A stretch of DNA of 64,000 nucleotides, taken from an uncultured Thermoleophilia bacterium. GTDB taxonomy: Bacteria > Actinomycetota > Thermoleophilia > UBA2241. How positions within the stretch are numbered: the stretch's first letter is position 1; each line of letters begins with the position of its first letter. This document shows, in pieces, positions 63,350 through 64,000 of this stretch. Under the pieces are notes generated by a model. The model was not told the DNA's origin and did no database searches. It worked only from the letters and a program-made list of their open reading frames with translations. Location of the stretch: the NCBI GenBank assembly GCA_963702475.1, contig CAVPCT010000005.1, forward strand, positions 992,001 to 1,056,000, written 5' to 3'. The position numbers and the translations under genes are program-made.

Positions 63350-64000
63350 ATGAGAGTCCGGCAGGAGCTCCTTCTCATTCTCGGCTTGGCAGTCGGGCTT
63401 GTGTCTCGACTGGCCGGATGACTCTCGGGGACGACGGTCAAGCCAATCAGGAGGTGGTGCCTCGATGAAGATCGTGTTTCTTCACCACAGCACCGGAGAA
63501 GTGGTGTGGGTTGGCACTACGTCCAAGGTGAACTCCAAGGTCTTCGGCAAGAGCGCCGTGAAGAGCTGGATGAACACCTACAACAAGAAGAACAACACGA
63601 GCTACGAGATCGAGGAGATGTTCTTCCCGACGACGAAGCAGGGCTACCCTTGGGCCAACTACCCGTATGACTACTACAACATCTGGGTGAAGCATGCCGG
63701 CGACGCACCCTACCGGGGCGAGCCTACGCTCGAGATGCTGACGAAGCAGCACGACGTCATCGTGTGGAAGCACTGCTACCCGGTCGGGCACATCCTCCCA
63801 GACACCGGGACCCCCAACGTCGACTCTGAGGAGAAGCGTCTCGAGAACTACAAGCTGCAGTACGCGGAGCTCCGGGACAAGATGCTCTCCTTCCCTGACA
63901 CGAAGTTCATCGTCTGGACCGGCGCCGCGTTGACCGAAGCGACGACCTCGCCGGAAGAGGCGCAGCGCACCCGGGAGTTCTTCGACTGGGTCAAGACGGA
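63350..64000 (+). CDS. Second HHSTG-motif SGNH-like protein, probable lipoprotein (runs off window; 1-bp insertion at 63421)
   Basis: From ATG 63465: MKIVFLHHSTG...YPWANYPYDYYNIW...WKHCYP...LENYKLQY...KFIVWT. Removing A63421 joins MRVRQELLLILGLAVGLVSRLAGC in frame. Confidence 0.75.

Noticed and set aside
37855-63425. In-frame TGA codons as selenocysteine or recoding (IS982 GCG-TGA, 39677 remnant, 51337, 63419)
   Set aside because: Each is explained by a 1-bp indel or TGG-to-TGA decay in a remnant; none is at a redox Cys position and no SECIS-like hairpin is evident.

Overview
Very GC-rich bacterial DNA, most consistent with an Actinomycetota genome. Thermoleophilia-like affiliation is an inference from gene types, leaderless promoters and domain styles. 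The window has two parts. (1) About 1-26.6 kb is core or housekeeping sequence with almost no frameshifts: DUF4386-like membrane protein, SRPBCC, cupin, Rid, NimA/PNPOx-like protein, a membrane GGDEF-EAL protein facing a LuxI/FeeM-like GNAT, anaerobic sulfatase maturase, DUF5679, class II DAHP synthase, 5'-3' exonuclease, nadE, ask-asd-trxB-trxA, NodB deacetylase, methyltransferase, ileS, a nucleotide-sugar dehydrogenase and a HAD-GT87-GtrA-GT87 cluster. (2) About 26.7-64 kb is a visibly less GC-rich exopolysaccharide/surface-glycan island with many 1-bp frameshifts, probably largely long-read consensus errors. It carries Wzc, Wzy/ligase, Wzx, GT4s, an epimerase, an Arn/Wec-like amino-sugar operon, an AMP ligase, an ACP, AT3 and LbH acyltransferases, a CapK-like ligase, two HHSTG-motif SGNH-like exported proteins, modular secreted carbohydrate-active proteins, and IS982/IS3 debris. 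The best candidates for something undescribed are: a ~155-aa uncharacterised domain present three times (two copies 470/471 nt identical, 22.7 kb apart, in different proteins); a possible ACP-dependent polysaccharide acylation system; an Arn-like lipid-carrier pathway in a lineage without lipid A; and a LuxI/FeeM-like synthase paired with a c-di-GMP enzyme. Family names come from motif recognition by eye; no database search was run.
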